Of a stretch of 64,000 nt of DNA, positions 39,392-52,170 are shown in pieces. The first letter of the stretch is position 1, and each line of letters opens with the position of its first letter. The stretch comes from Lytechinus pictus (taxonomy: Eukaryota): NCBI RefSeq assembly GCF_037042905.1, contig NC_087247.1:13144001-13208000 (forward strand). The letters run 5' to 3'. The notes beneath the pieces are model-generated. The model had not been told where the DNA came from. It did no database searches and was given only the letters and a program-made list of their open reading frames with translations. Both the position numbers and the translations under genes were made by a program.

Positions 39392-39980
39392 TACATAATA
39401 CTCTTTGGGCCAGTGGCGGCTATTTTAGAAATCAAAAGACAGCAATGTTCTCATATATGACATGATAAATGATATATCTCGTTAGTAATGATGATTTGCA
39501 TATAATACTTCGTTCATACATCGCGATTTTTGCAGTTTAGTGCTCATTTGTGTGAAAATTAGTTTTCCCTATTCATATTGTACATAATAGAGTATAGAAT
39601 GGCCTATGGCGGCCATTTTGAATATCAGGAAAATAAATATTTTGTCAAAAATTATTTTGTCAGAGAGTATTTCACTCCTGCCACACAATTTCATGCATTC
39701 CATAGCCAATGGGCGAACAATTTTATGATTTACATGGGTAATTTGCATATTTTGGCGGCCATATTGGATTTTGCCAATTTGCGGAAAATGCTCAAGGTTA
39801 TACGAGTGGCATCATCCAGATTCGTAATCAGCACCCTCGAATTGACAAGAAACCATAAAAAAATATTGTATATATAAAAAAACAAGGTTTGGTCAATTCT
39901 CTATGGGGCCTATCCTGGACTAATATGGAAGACCAGCAGTAACGGTTATAGTTGCAGCGCTGCATGAATATGGGCTTCCA

Positions 39981-40293
39981 GGGGCCGATTGCACGAAAGG
40001 GTCTTTCCAAGGACCGTCTTTCGTGTCGCCCATCTTTTATGATGCGCTATAAGCGGGGTGTTTCTGAAATTTATGATAAACAAATAAAATTCGTAGGCTT
40101 GCTTTTAAATCAAATTTTATACAATTTCATGAGATATCACATCATTTTATAAACAAATATTTTGTTTATTTTAACGGACAAATAAAATATATTTGCAGAT
40201 AATTTATTTGAAATGCGTTTCACATGGCGTATCATAAAAGATGGGCGACACGAAAGACGGTCCTTGGAAAGACCCTTTCGTGCAATCGGCCCC
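39981..40293. mobile_element. MITE with about 62-bp near-perfect TIRs (PIF/Harbinger-like)
   Basis: GGGGCCGATTGCACGAAAGGGTCTTTCCAAGGACCGTCTTTCGTGTCGCCCATCTTTTATGAT and its reverse complement; CAG at both junctions. Confidence 0.85.
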
Positions 40294-41854
40294 AGCCGTA
40301 TTTCATCTTATTTGTATTTTTAACCCTACGGAAATGAAAACAACAATTAACAGCAGGTTGACGGACTTTAGACTAGAAATATACTACTACTAGAAGCGTA
40401 TAACGGTACACGCAGAATAATCAGATAACAAAACCAGAAAATAGTATATAGTCTATAAGCGAGTTTCGAATTGTACGTAGAGTTAATTCATAAGTATAAG
40501 TATTTCCATAAAAGGAAATTCGTCTTGTTTACATGCCGTGCGAAACATAATACAGACGACACATTATATACATATGATTTATACACATGTAACATGGACA
40601 GTGCAATCTACAATTATAGGACATGACAATAAACACAATATTACTTATATAATTAGTCATAGCACTGTATTTAGATAACAAAGGCATTGTATAATTATAT
40701 ATCTTACATTTATAATTGATATATTACCTTGACCATTCGCTCGCAGCTCGGTTTACAGACAAACGAAACATATTTTAATGTAGGCCTACTGACAAACGCG
40801 ACGAGATCATCGAGAAATAACTCAAGTAGTGTGAAATCAATAAATGTTTACTATATTGCAGTATAAATGTTGGCTAGAGCCATTCAGGTATAACTGATGC
40901 ACACATGCATGCAAGTATCTCGAACGATAAACGGGACAAAGGGTAGTTCTATAAATAAGAGCATATGGAGCTCACATGATTTAGAGCCATTCATTAACTC
41001 TCTCTCTCTCTGTTCGCAAACGAGGGGCGGCGATCCCCGTCCATCCAGGTCGTGCCACTCGTGCGGGATATGAACAACGAATTGTTAACTAGGTATGAAT
41101 TACCAGCCGCAGCCAGGTTCATTACACATAATGCATTATTCTCAGCCGTATATTTTTGTTATACTCTACTTGAATGAAAACACTCTAATTGACTACTCAA
41201 TGTAATTAATGTCGCAATAGTTGTGTTACCAAGTAGAAATCAGTTAGGTTACCTTTCCTCTAAAAAAACAAATTTTAATTTTTCTACACATAACATTATA
41301 AAATCATAGGCTAATTTATCTTTTGATTACAAAAGAAATAGCATGTATATATAACACAAAGTCAAAATAATGAGAGATAAGAGGCAGTCTCGGTAAAGAT
41401 GGGCCGCCCTTTATAAGATATAGCCTATTGTGATTACATAAGATTCTATTGAGAAGCGACTAGGGCGTTTTTCGACGCATCTCGGTAAAATATTTTGTTT
41501 ACAGAAACGGATGACACGCATCATTGCTGACTCGGCACCTTTTCACATACCAAGAATAGCGGGACCAGGGGGCATGGGGCAAATTACCCCCCCCCCCCCT
41601 CCCCCACAGATTTGGAAAAAATGTAAACATCTTCCCCCCCAAAAAAAATTTGTTTGCCCTCTACTAGCTCGCCCCTCCCCCTTAAAAAAATCCTGATTGC
41701 ATGTTGACATCATGATGTTTTAATTTGATTTACTCACTTTAATACCCAATTATGACTCTTTTTCGAGAGAATCATTTAACAAAAGATAGGGATTATGATT
41801 TCCGAGATGAAAAGAAACATGGATAATGAAGGTATCACTTATTTTGTTTATGTA

Positions 41855-42361
41855 CTAAATGATTATCCGTATTTGTTCTAACTCCCACTATCTAGCTCCG
41901 TCACGTCCATTATTTTTTAGATTAAACACCTTGACAGTTTTTGATATTCATAAAATTCAAATTGCAATTCTAATGTACTACGTAAATCACAACTTAGCAC
42001 CCCTTAATATGATTAATCTATTTAAATACAATAAAGACTACCATCAATACAATACCCGTTCCCACTCTAAATTCCATCATCCTGTAGCATTCAATCAATC
42101 AACCATATATACATTTAATTCCACTGGTCCTCGAAAATGGAATTCCCTCCCTTCCAATGTAATTTCGAGCACAAGTGTTACTGCATTTAAAACAAAACTC
42201 AAAAGTTCACTTGTAATTATGTATGCCAATTAATCACATAATTCATTTCCACACCCTTTTCCTGACCACCCCCCCCCCCTCCTCTCCCTTGTAGATTTAC
42301 CGTCTTATTTTCTTATGTATTGTTTGTGTTTATTATTGTTACCTTTTCACTTTTATGTACG

Positions 42362-42436
<75 letters not shown>

Positions 42437-42580
42437 TGGGTGTCCCACTCATCAAGCTTTTGCTTTTAGGGGCACCCTAATCATTTAAACTATACTGTAC
42501 ATTCATGTATGATTTTGTATATATTTTGGTTTGTATATTGATTTTTTAAATAATTGAATAAAATGAATTGAATTGAATAA
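41855..42580 (+). mobile_element. CR1-group LINE 3' fragment
   Basis: ORF 41859-42233 (IRICSNSHYLAPSRPLF...HQYNTR...GPRKWNSLP...FKTKLK) resembles the end of the 3806 ORF; 3' hairpin at 42435-42480; AATAAA followed by an (ATTGA)n tail. Confidence 0.82.
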
Positions 42581-42828
42581 ACTGGATAGTTCAATGGCGT
42601 GAATACGTGACGCCATACTATTCAAGTGGGGAATAAAGAAATAGATCACCCCCCCCCCCCTTCCCCTGTATTAGTTCACCGCTTGTATTTACGCCAGTGA
42701 GATAATAGCGTAATCAAATAAGTAATCAAATCCCGGGAATCAAATACTTCTTTATTGATCTCGATATCTTGTTTAAATTAGCGAACCTGATTTTCAAATG
42801 ACAGCAGCTTATTGTGAGGGTCTTCTCG

Positions 42829-43400
42829 GCAAGGGCGGAAATCTCCCCCCCCCCCCAAAGGTAGGGGGACCAGGGGCTGGAAATTTTGACAAGCAAAAAA
42901 AGAAAAAGAAAAAGGTTATCACCCCAAATGTAAGAAGATCATCTCGACTAAAATAAATTTGACAAGCAAAAAAAAAAGGTCCCAAAAAGTAAGGTCATTT
43001 CGACCAAAATAAATTTGACAAGCAAAAAAAAGGGTAACCGCCCAAAAGTAAGGTCATCTCGTCCAAAAAACACGTTTTATTTTGATTTTGAATGATGTAT
43101 TTCTTTACATCATAAAAATCCAAAATTAGTAGGGGGACATTTGACATTGTGTCAGCCCCCTACTATTTTGGGTAGGGGCTATGCGTCCCCTGGCAGGGGC
43201 CGCGGAACGGTTTTCAAAGTGGGGGGGCTGAGCCAAAAGTGGGGGGGCTGACCATGCTAAAAATTACAATCATATGGTCATTTTTACATTTTTGTACACG
43301 GTTTTGGAAAAAAGTGGGGGGGCTGAAGCCCCCCCCCCCCCAGCCCCCCGGTTCCGCGGCCCCTGCCCTGTCCCCTCCCCCCTGGGATTTCCACCCATGC
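42829..43400. mobile_element. Nested short TIR elements (inner element 43194-43365; related partial copy at 33065-33180)
   Basis: Outer ends gcaagggcggaaatc / gatttccacccatgc with internal tandem units aaatttgacaagcaaaaaa; inner ends CAGGGGCCGCGGAAC / GTTCCGCGGCCCCTG. Confidence 0.7.
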
Positions 43401-44590
43401 TTATCGGCAACTCCACACCGGGCCTCCACATTGATCCCCTTCAGATTGAGATTAACGCCATCTACGTTGGGATGAAGTCAGGGTCGATGTAATCATTTTC
43501 ACTATGAAGAGCCAGCTTCGCTGATTGGTTGAAAGTTTGACAACTGATCAAACACGATACGGCATTGTATTTTCCATGAAATCAAATGGATGAAGTAAAG
43601 CCGCAGTGACTTTTATTCTAGCAATTAAATGCCGATTTTCATTCACATTTGTGCAATATAATTTTGGAAAGAAAGCAAATTAAACCTTTTGGATGAATTT
43701 CATTTACTATAAAAATTGTGGGCGCATTTTCACTTCCATGGCAAAAAAGAGTGATTACTTTTCCTTGCTCGCTTTGTTCGCTCATTAACAAGATGCATCA
43801 CAATTTCGGAAGCAAGCCAATTAACAATTGTATTATAGGAGGTATGCTTTTATTATATGTAACACTTCCAAAAACAAGATTATATAGTTATAAGCAAGAA
43901 AATTTAGCTATTTAGATCAATACGTCTAATAAAAAATGCATCCACTTGTTTTTTTTAGGACGAAATAAAATAATGAAATCCAAACGCCAATCTCAGACGT
44001 CAGATACTGGAAGGAATGGAAATCTCCTTGAGTTTGCAATAATTTGGTGACAAAATGGGCCAATTGAAAATGGGATGACCAACATTTTGAAGCTGTGTTT
44101 TTTGTTCTTCTTCTTCAGATCAATGGCGGCTGAACCTAAATGAAGTTATTGATCAAACAGGCGAGTTCTGAGATACTCCGTCAAAACAAAGTCAATCAAT
44201 GACTTCTTTAAAAATCTGAACTGACAAGATGACTCAGTTTGGAGCATGGCCCAACAACTCAACAGGGACCTCCAAAGACGGATCCGTTACAACCGACCAC
44301 TGTTGGGTTGGCAAACCCTTTTTTACTCCTATAATTTACTTCTAACGTCACAGGGTGGGGCCTTCGCCTGAAAGGATGACGGGTATTATTTTTTTTCTCA
44401 CCAGCTGACTAGTAGAACAAACAAGGATGACTTTTGACATTAAGATAAGCCAAGTTCGCAACCACTTTGTAATAATCCAATATGTCTGGAAGTCCTAACA
44501 TGGGATGGATGAGAAGGGCGAGTGTGGAAATGAATCCCCATTGTCCGCCAAAACAATGCTTCCTGTCACGTTGAAGCCTCCGAGATTTGT

Positions 44591-44872
44591 GATTGGTCAA
44601 ATGTTCGGGTGACGTCACTCCCCCCGCTGCGGATTCGACACCATGGTCTTGAAATGACCTTCGTGATGTAAATATTAGCTTGGCAAAAGATGCAATAGAG
44701 GTATATTTGCATCACAAATATTCCTTGTAGCTCAGCGGAGATTGGATGCCGATTAGTAAATCTGGAAGCTTGAGAAAACGATCTTCATTATTTTATCAGC
44801 TGTCGTCAACAGCAGGTCAAACTTTGAAGGATAAAAATCAAGTTTTTACTTCTTGATCCAGCCACCAACAAG
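44591..44872 (+). promoter_or_regulatory. Putative promoter module (reverse CCAAT + CRE) and non-coding first exon of secreted protein A
   Basis: GATTGG at 44591, TGACGTCA at 44610-44617, strong donor AAG|GTAAGA at 44872/44873; the ATG of gene A directly follows an acceptor, so an upstream exon is required. Confidence 0.5.
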
Positions 44873-45751
44873 GTAAGAAAGTTTTTTGTTGGGTGTGTGT
44901 GTAATTATTTTATATTTATGATTTTATTAGAAATCATCAAGAATCACACAATATCTACAATAGATTGACATGATAACAATGTAAAAAACATATTTAAAAA
45001 ATTAAAGTTGTATTCATTTAGAGACATTATAATTCTAAGAATTCTCACTAATGATGGGTAATTTCCTGTTAGATTCCATCTCAAGTTTCTCATTTCAGTT
45101 TTTTTTTCTCGACCGGGAACTCAAAATAGTTCACCAACTCGACTTGAATATGAATCTCAATTCATTAAGATGAGGAAACCTTTATTACGTGCCCTCAGGT
45201 TTGAGAGCTAACCTTCAATATCAGTTTCACTCTTTCACCTGCATTTTCTTCTTTATATTTCGTTGATTTATGCTAATCGAATTTGTTTTCCTTTTTAAAA
45301 TTATCATTTGAAATTAATCAAGTGTAGATTGCATGAATCGTTGTTTTATTTATCATACATTATTTTCAATCATATTTTTAGAGTAATAATTGTTTTCATT
45401 GGAGAGTGAATACTGCTAGTATACAGTATGTATAAAACGTGTGTGTGAAACGCTGTTAAAAAAATGTGTTTCCAAAAATAGATAATTGTTATATACTGAT
45501 AGATTCTCTACACTCTTTTGCTGGAATGGACAATGAAATGGGAAAACAAATTATTTTCTCTTTGCCTTCATTTATGATTATCGTTTTTATTATGTGTCAT
45601 TTCATTATCATGATCGTAATATCATGTTTGTCTTGTGCTTAATTGGCTGCGGATTATTGGTATGTATTCGCTCTCAATAGGGGGGTTGCAATAGCTACGT
45701 ATATAGACGCTTTCTGGAACGTAGAAAATCTATTGTCGAATGCTCTTCATG

Positions 45752-45903
45752 ACAATGGAGTCTTTGTCGAGGATTGGTGAATCGAAACAGCAGTTTCGTC
45801 CTGGACTCCGGACAAGCGACAGATTTGCGATTATTCGTCAGCTCTGAATCGTCGGATGAAAATGCTGTTCCGATTCACCGAATCTCGACAAAGACTTCAT
45901 TGT
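45752..45903. repeat. About 150-bp imperfect palindrome
   Basis: acaatggagtctttgtcgaggattggtgaatcgaaacagcagtttcgtcc / ggatgaaaatgctgttccgattcaccgaatctcgacaaagacttcattgt. Confidence 0.8.
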
Positions 45904-46954
45904 GATTTGTCTTGCATCTTACACGCATCGGCTGCGTTGTAGGATCCATTGCGCGTGGGTGAGCGAAAACTCGCTAGTATCTTGTAGGGCATAAATGATA
46001 CGTATTTCTAATGAAAGTCTTTCTCTGAGTATACCTGAAAGCCAAAGGCAGAGATGAATAAAATAATATTCAGAACAAACTAACTACATCAACCATGCCT
46101 AAAACCAGCATTAAAGAGAAGACTTTACTTATTGAACGGAATTGACAAATAAATCAAAATTAATATAATACATGCCAAGAACAATATGTAATGATGTAGA
46201 GTACTCAATTACAGACTGCTGCTTTCATTGTACTATATTCCTTTATTTTGTCGCAATCCATTTTGACACCTTAATATAAAATAGGTAAAAAATCGCTTAC
46301 GAATGAACCAAAATCGTCTCTTTGCTGCCATTCTGATAAGGGGTATTTTACAACCTCTATCAATATTTACTTTGCTTTGATTTACTTTGTAATTTTGTTG
46401 AATTTTTTTAAATGAAATATATTCGTTAACAAATCAATCAATATTAGAATATATCCTAATACAGAAATTAGACAACTTTTTCAAAATGTAACATTGTTTA
46501 TAAACATCATGCATATTTCATATAAATCATATGATGCTGTATACACTGTAGTTCGAAAAAATTATAAATTTTTATGTATAGTATCCTCCCGTGTTTTGGC
46601 ATGAATATATTCATAGATGATATCCACGCACCCCGGGTGGAATGCACATTAAGTTAAGTATAACAATGATTGTTCACAAATTATTTCCTATTTATTTCGT
46701 GACCGTTTGTCATCTGGTTTTGGATACTGACAAAAAACGTGAGTTGGGGGATTTAAAGAAGTCTACTTCTCTTCCAGGGTTCATTTACAACAACACAGAT
46801 TATTTTCTTTGTTTGTGCGATTTAACACTTTAATTATGTAAATAGAGAGCTTTCTCGTTCACAAACTTTTTGAGTGTGATTTGGGTTTGTTTGTTGGTGG
46901 AATACAATAGAGTATGTATTCTTCATAATGTGTGTAATACTTTACACACATTAA

Positions 46955-47549
46955 TAGGAGAATGAAACCTTTGGAACAAGATAGCTTGTGTGAAAACAGA
47001 AAAATCAAAGAAACAAATCAAAGAAAGTTTGAGAAAAATCGGAGAAATAATGAGAAAGTTATGAGCATTTGAATATTGCGATCACTAATGCTATGGAGAT
47101 CCTCATATTGGCAATGCGACAAAGATGTGTGATGTCACTTGTCTTGTGAACAACTCTCCCCATTACTTTAAAATATATTTCACTTAAACTGCCTCTTTTA
47201 TCACATCTATCAGTAGATCATGTGTTCTTTCTATAGTAATACAGATTTTTAAAGAATGATTTTTAAAGAATACATCATGGATAAAGATTTTGTATCACCA
47301 TAAGAAAAAGCAAAAAGAGGCATTTTGGGGGTATTTTATAGTCCATCAAAGGGAAAGTTGTTCACATGTGACATTACACATCCTTGTCGCATTGCCAATG
47401 AAGGATCTCTATGGCATTAGTGACTACAATATTCAAATGCTCATAACTTTCTCGTTATTTGTCCGATTTTTCTCAAACTTTCTTTGTTCTTATTCTTTGA
47501 TTTTTGTGTTTCGACACAAGCCTACTTGTTCCAAAGGTTTCGTTCCCCT
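46955..47549. mobile_element. Kolobok-like MITE with long TIRs and TTAA TSD
   Basis: TTAA flanks at 46951-46954 and 47550-47553; arms complementary for about 200 bp. Confidence 0.8.
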
Positions 47550-48984
47550 TTAAACAAACAAACAAAAAACGTTTCCGGGTCTTTCATTTATTAATTTATT
47601 AATTTTATTTTTGAGGGCTAGATGCAGAGTAAAGCGACCTCTCAAGTTTGTAGCATTACCTTCAGTAAAAAAAAAATCAATAGCTGTAGGTAATAGTATG
47701 ATACCATAATTTATTATAATAACTCTATATGATCATGATTCATGATGATACATAACAAAGCGCCGTAGAGTATTAAGGCCTTCACATATACCCATATGGT
47801 TGCTTTTCTTGTTTCTACCACAAAAAAATGCAATTGTCGTTGCCATTGTCGTAATAATCATTGTTTTTATCACTATTGCACATCTCAGTAGTTTCTTAAC
47901 TTTTCTCCACACCTCAACTCCATCCTCTTCTCCCTCGTCCCTTCCCTCCTTCACCCTCCTCTTCCTCCCAAGTCGTTCATCTCACCTTTCTTCTTTATCT
48001 TCCTAGCTCTTCTTCTTCTCCTTTTCCTCATCCTCCTCCTTGCTCTTCTTCTTCATCTTTTTTCTTCTTCTTCTTCTTCTTCTTCTTGTTCTCTATCTCC
48101 CCCTGCTTCTCCTTTTCCTCTTCATGAATCTCCCCATCTTTTCATATATGGATATCATTTTTACATCTTTTGTCATGCCCCAGTCACACCAACATCACCG
48201 ACTCCAAACCGAACGATGGTATTTCATTGAAAATAACGTAATAGTTTTGATCGGTCTGGGATCTATTTCGTCGGTGTGACAGCGGCATCATCATAATTCA
48301 AATAAAAACAAATCATCAAAATATTCATTGCAACAGCATCAATAAAGATAATAAATGATAGTTCAAGTGAACTCAAAATTTCTTCATGACCCGTAGCTCG
48401 CTAAGGGCAATTAAAGTAGGTTGCATAGTCTAGCATTCTACATTTGTAATTATCTTGATGAACTTGAAGATATGAACCCCGTCCAATTCAAAGTTAAACT
48501 TGAGCGACCTGGCCTTGGTCCAAACGTTGTGCGGATGGAAAGTAACTTCCTATTCAACATGGCTTGCCAGCTGTCTGCAGGCACGTATATCTGAGGACAT
48601 GTCTTGGGTCTTTCCTTTCCACAAGTTTCAAAAATAAAATAACAAGAAAGGTCGCGAACAGTGTGGGAACTGAATTGGGTTCAAACCCGAGTTCACGTTT
48701 ATTTTCCTATTAAGAAAAAAACAATATTCATCTAAAACTTACACATTAAAAACAAAAAATACATTTGTTAAGAAGTGGTAAAATGAAGCCTCCTCACTGG
48801 TTCATTCTTCACAATGGAGACCTTCAGAGGTGTTATGATGGTTTAATTTGTTTTTATGTTACTTTATTCAAATGAGTTATTGCTTGATTGAACTTACCTC
48901 TTAAGAAGTAGTTGATTTCCCCCTTTGATAAAACACATCGATGTAAATATATAATTTATCAAAATTAATGTTGTTTTTCCACAG

Positions 48985-51066
48985 ATGAAACTGTCCCTTG
49001 TCTGGTGTTTGATGGCGGTCCTAGTGGCTGTTGTAGCAGGTAAATATGTTCATTCTTATTGTTATGTCCAACTTCTGAAAATCCATGATTTAATCAATAA
49101 AACCGATCTTAAAATCCAGTTAAAGGTTTAATTATATTGTAAGTTTCCTTCCAATCTTTCCACTATTGGGGAAGATGAAAGATATATCTCCAATCATCCC
49201 CTACTGGAAAGAACACAGTGTGTGCCACAGTGTGTTCACAGTGTGAAACACAATGCGAAATCCCCCTCACACTGATGGTCGTCCATGTGAACACGCTGTG
49301 AACATTACTGTCGAGGTGTCCACGGTGTTAAAATATCTACACACTGTGGAATTTGAGCATTTCTACAGTGTGAATAATTCAGAATAAATATCATTTTCAC
49401 ATAGTCCACTATGTGAACACACTATGATCACACCGTGTGACACTGTTCTTTCCAACAAGGTTGGCACCAAGCCGTTCCATTATACAAGGTGTCCACTGCC
49501 GAACTGACCAATTGTCGAACCGATGATTCCTGACCAAAATATTTTGGGCCTGGTCAGTCTGGCTTCAATTGGTATCCAATGCAAATTCATCGGCGTCTGT
49601 CTATCTTGATCGACGTCGCTCTGGTTACCATATTGATAATAGGCATGGTAAAGATCAAGCCAGAGTGTTATGTTTGCCCCCAACGTAGGAACAGATTGAC
49701 CCTGTTTACCTTGTCGAGCTAGATCGATCAGGCTTGATCAAGTTGATCGGTTCTGCAGATACCCAATGGATTAATGTTATGTTCCCATATAGCTGAACTA
49801 GCGTACGCGACCAAAATGTTTTAGGTCAGGTGTCTGTAATTTGGCAAGCTAATCGGGGCAGTCTAAAACTTGATCGGCTGATCAACAACGCCCTTAGTTG
49901 GCTTTCTATTTTGGCCAACTTCAGAATATTGGAGTAGGTGACCAGATTGATATGGACCAACGTAGATTTACATCGAACATAGTTGATTAATTTCGATTTC
50001 CTTGCCAAGCTACTTCGACCAGGCCGAAATTATCTTGATCGGGCGTGATCGAGTGTGCCGGTTCGGTAGTTTGAACCTGGTATAACTTTAACTTTGATCA
50101 GACAAAAGTTCTAACATCTTTTGTGACCTTCTACCGGAGGACATCAGAACCATGCCAGCAATATCAAAGTTCTCATTAGCATATGGTACCACTAATCAAT
50201 CCTTTATCAATCCTTAATCAGTGCGCTATTGTAAAGATTTTCTTTTCCGTCTTTCTCAAGGGCAAAATGGTCAGAGACAGTATCAACCTTACTGGCAGCA
50301 ATACTATCAGCAGTATCCACGGCAACAGCAACATCCACCAAACTACGATCCCAGGTATAACCAGCAACCATGGTATCCAAACACACAAGGAACATGGGCA
50401 ATGGACCCAGAGGAACAACGCGAGCAACAAGAGAATATGATGGAAAACCAACGAGAGCGACAAGAGAATATGATGGAAAATCGACGGGAGATGCAGGAAA
50501 ACATGATGGAGCGACAGGAAAATGCCTATGAGAACGGCCAGCGGTGGCCTCAGGGACCCAGGCAACAACAACCTTGGGGACAACAACCAAGACAGCAACA
50601 ACCTTGGCAGCAACAGCCATGGCAGCGACAACAATGGCAACAAGGGCAGGGGCAGCGGCAGCCATATTATAACCAACAGCGAGAAGGCTGGGGCCAGCCG
50701 TACAACCAGCAGCCATGGGGACAACCCTATAGAGCCCAACCCCAGAGACAGCCAGCTTGGTGGAACCAACATGTATGGCCTCAACAGGGTTACCTGCCCC
50801 AAAGACAGACTGGGTTGGCTCCTAACGACCCAGAGGCACAAGAAAACATGATGGAAGAACAGCAGGAAATGCAGGAAAACGCCATGGAAGCACAAGAAGA
50901 GCAGCAGGAAAACGCCATGGAATTGGCAGAAGAAAGACAAGAGCAAGCGCGCGAACTCCAGGAGAACGCGCGGGAAAATGGAGCTCCAGTGAACTGGAAC
51001 CGCAATCGCCGCGGGCGGCAACCAATCTCCCAGCAACGTCGACCAGCTCAGCGATTCAATCCATGA
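48985..51066 (+). CDS. Secreted Gln/Trp/Pro-rich protein A with two acidic 11-mer repeat modules (286 aa)
   Basis: Exon 48985-49039 encodes signal peptide MKLSLVWCLMAVLVAVVAG (phase 1) and joins 50261-51066 (GQNGQRQYQPYWQQ...QRFNP*); canonical splice sites; long GC-richer open frame. Confidence 0.88.
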
Positions 51067-51529
51067 GATTAATAGAGGAGATAAATCAAATTCTGAAATA
51101 ATGTAGAAATTATACCCCTTTCTGTTTTTGTTTTGTCTTATTTTTCTCTTCTTTCCTTTTCGTATATCCCTGAAAATGTGTATTTTATTCAAGAAGGAAA
51201 CTACAAGTGAATCTAAAAATCGTAAAACACAGTTTGGGGTATAGCTGAAGTGTGATTGATACACTAATTATCATCCCGTGAAATTCATTTGTCAAAAATC
51301 CCTTTCTGAATTTACCAAAAATCCAAATATGATTATCAACTGAATATTTCCGAGATGGGGGTGACATATATTTTCTCTGATATTTTCAATAAAAACACCA
51401 ACTGAAAAATTAGTACATTGTAGTGTTGGTAATATTTTATTGGATTAAAAAATAAGAATGATGATGATGGAGGCTGCATATCAAGAGAAAAGTGGGCAAC
51501 TGGTTGTCGGTCGATTTAAAAAATACTTG

Positions 51530-52170
51530 ATTGGTTGGTTGATTGATTGAGTGATTGTTCGATTGAGTGAATGATTTAGTGAATGAACGGTTGGTTGACA
51601 TGGTTGAGTGAGTGAGTGGGTGAGTGAGAGAATGAATGAGTGGGTGGGTGAGTGATTGTGGGTATGGTGAGTCTGGGTATGAGTGAGTGGGTAAGTAGTA
51701 AGAGAANNNNNNNNNNNNNNNNNNNNNNNNNNNNNNNNNNNNNNNNNNNNNNNNNNNNNNNNNNNNNNNNNNNNNNNNNNNNNNNNNNNNNNNNNNNNNN
51801 NNNNNNNNNNNNNNNNNNNNNNNNNNNNNNNNNNNNNNNNNNNNNNNNNNNNNNNNNNNNNNNNNNNNNNNNNNNNNNNNNNNNNNNNNNNNNNNNNNNN
51901 NNNNNNNNNNNNNNNNGTGAGTCTGGGTATGAGTGAGTGGGTAAGTAGTAAGAGAATGGGTGAGAAAGTATGTGAGTGAGTGAGTGAGAGAGTGATGGAT
52001 TGATTGATTGATTGATCGAGTGAGTGAGAGACTGATTGTTTGAGTAAATGATTAAGTGAGTGAGGTGAGTGAATGGTTGAGTGAGTGAGAATGGATGAGT
52101 GAGTGGAAGAGAGAATGGATGAGTGGGTGAGATAATATGCGAATGATTGATTGAGTTTATGAGTGGTTGG
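51530..52170. repeat. (GAGT/GATT)n compound microsatellite spanning a gap
   Basis: Direct inspection. Confidence 0.85.

Larger units (their letters stand above)
35453..39922. mobile_element. About 4.5-kb foldback-type palindromic DNA transposon (non-autonomous, possibly Academ-like), interrupted by Tc1
   Basis: Termini TAGTCCAGGATAG / CTATCCTGGACTA with ATA on both flanks; arms are reverse complements over more than 1 kb and built from about 190-bp units each carrying AAAATGGCCGCC; unit orientation flips near 36720. Confidence 0.8.

Noticed and set aside
50207-51264. 348-aa and 169-aa minus-strand ORFs
   Set aside because: Antisense shadows of the Gln-rich exon; the plus strand has the signal exon, the splice sites and a paralog
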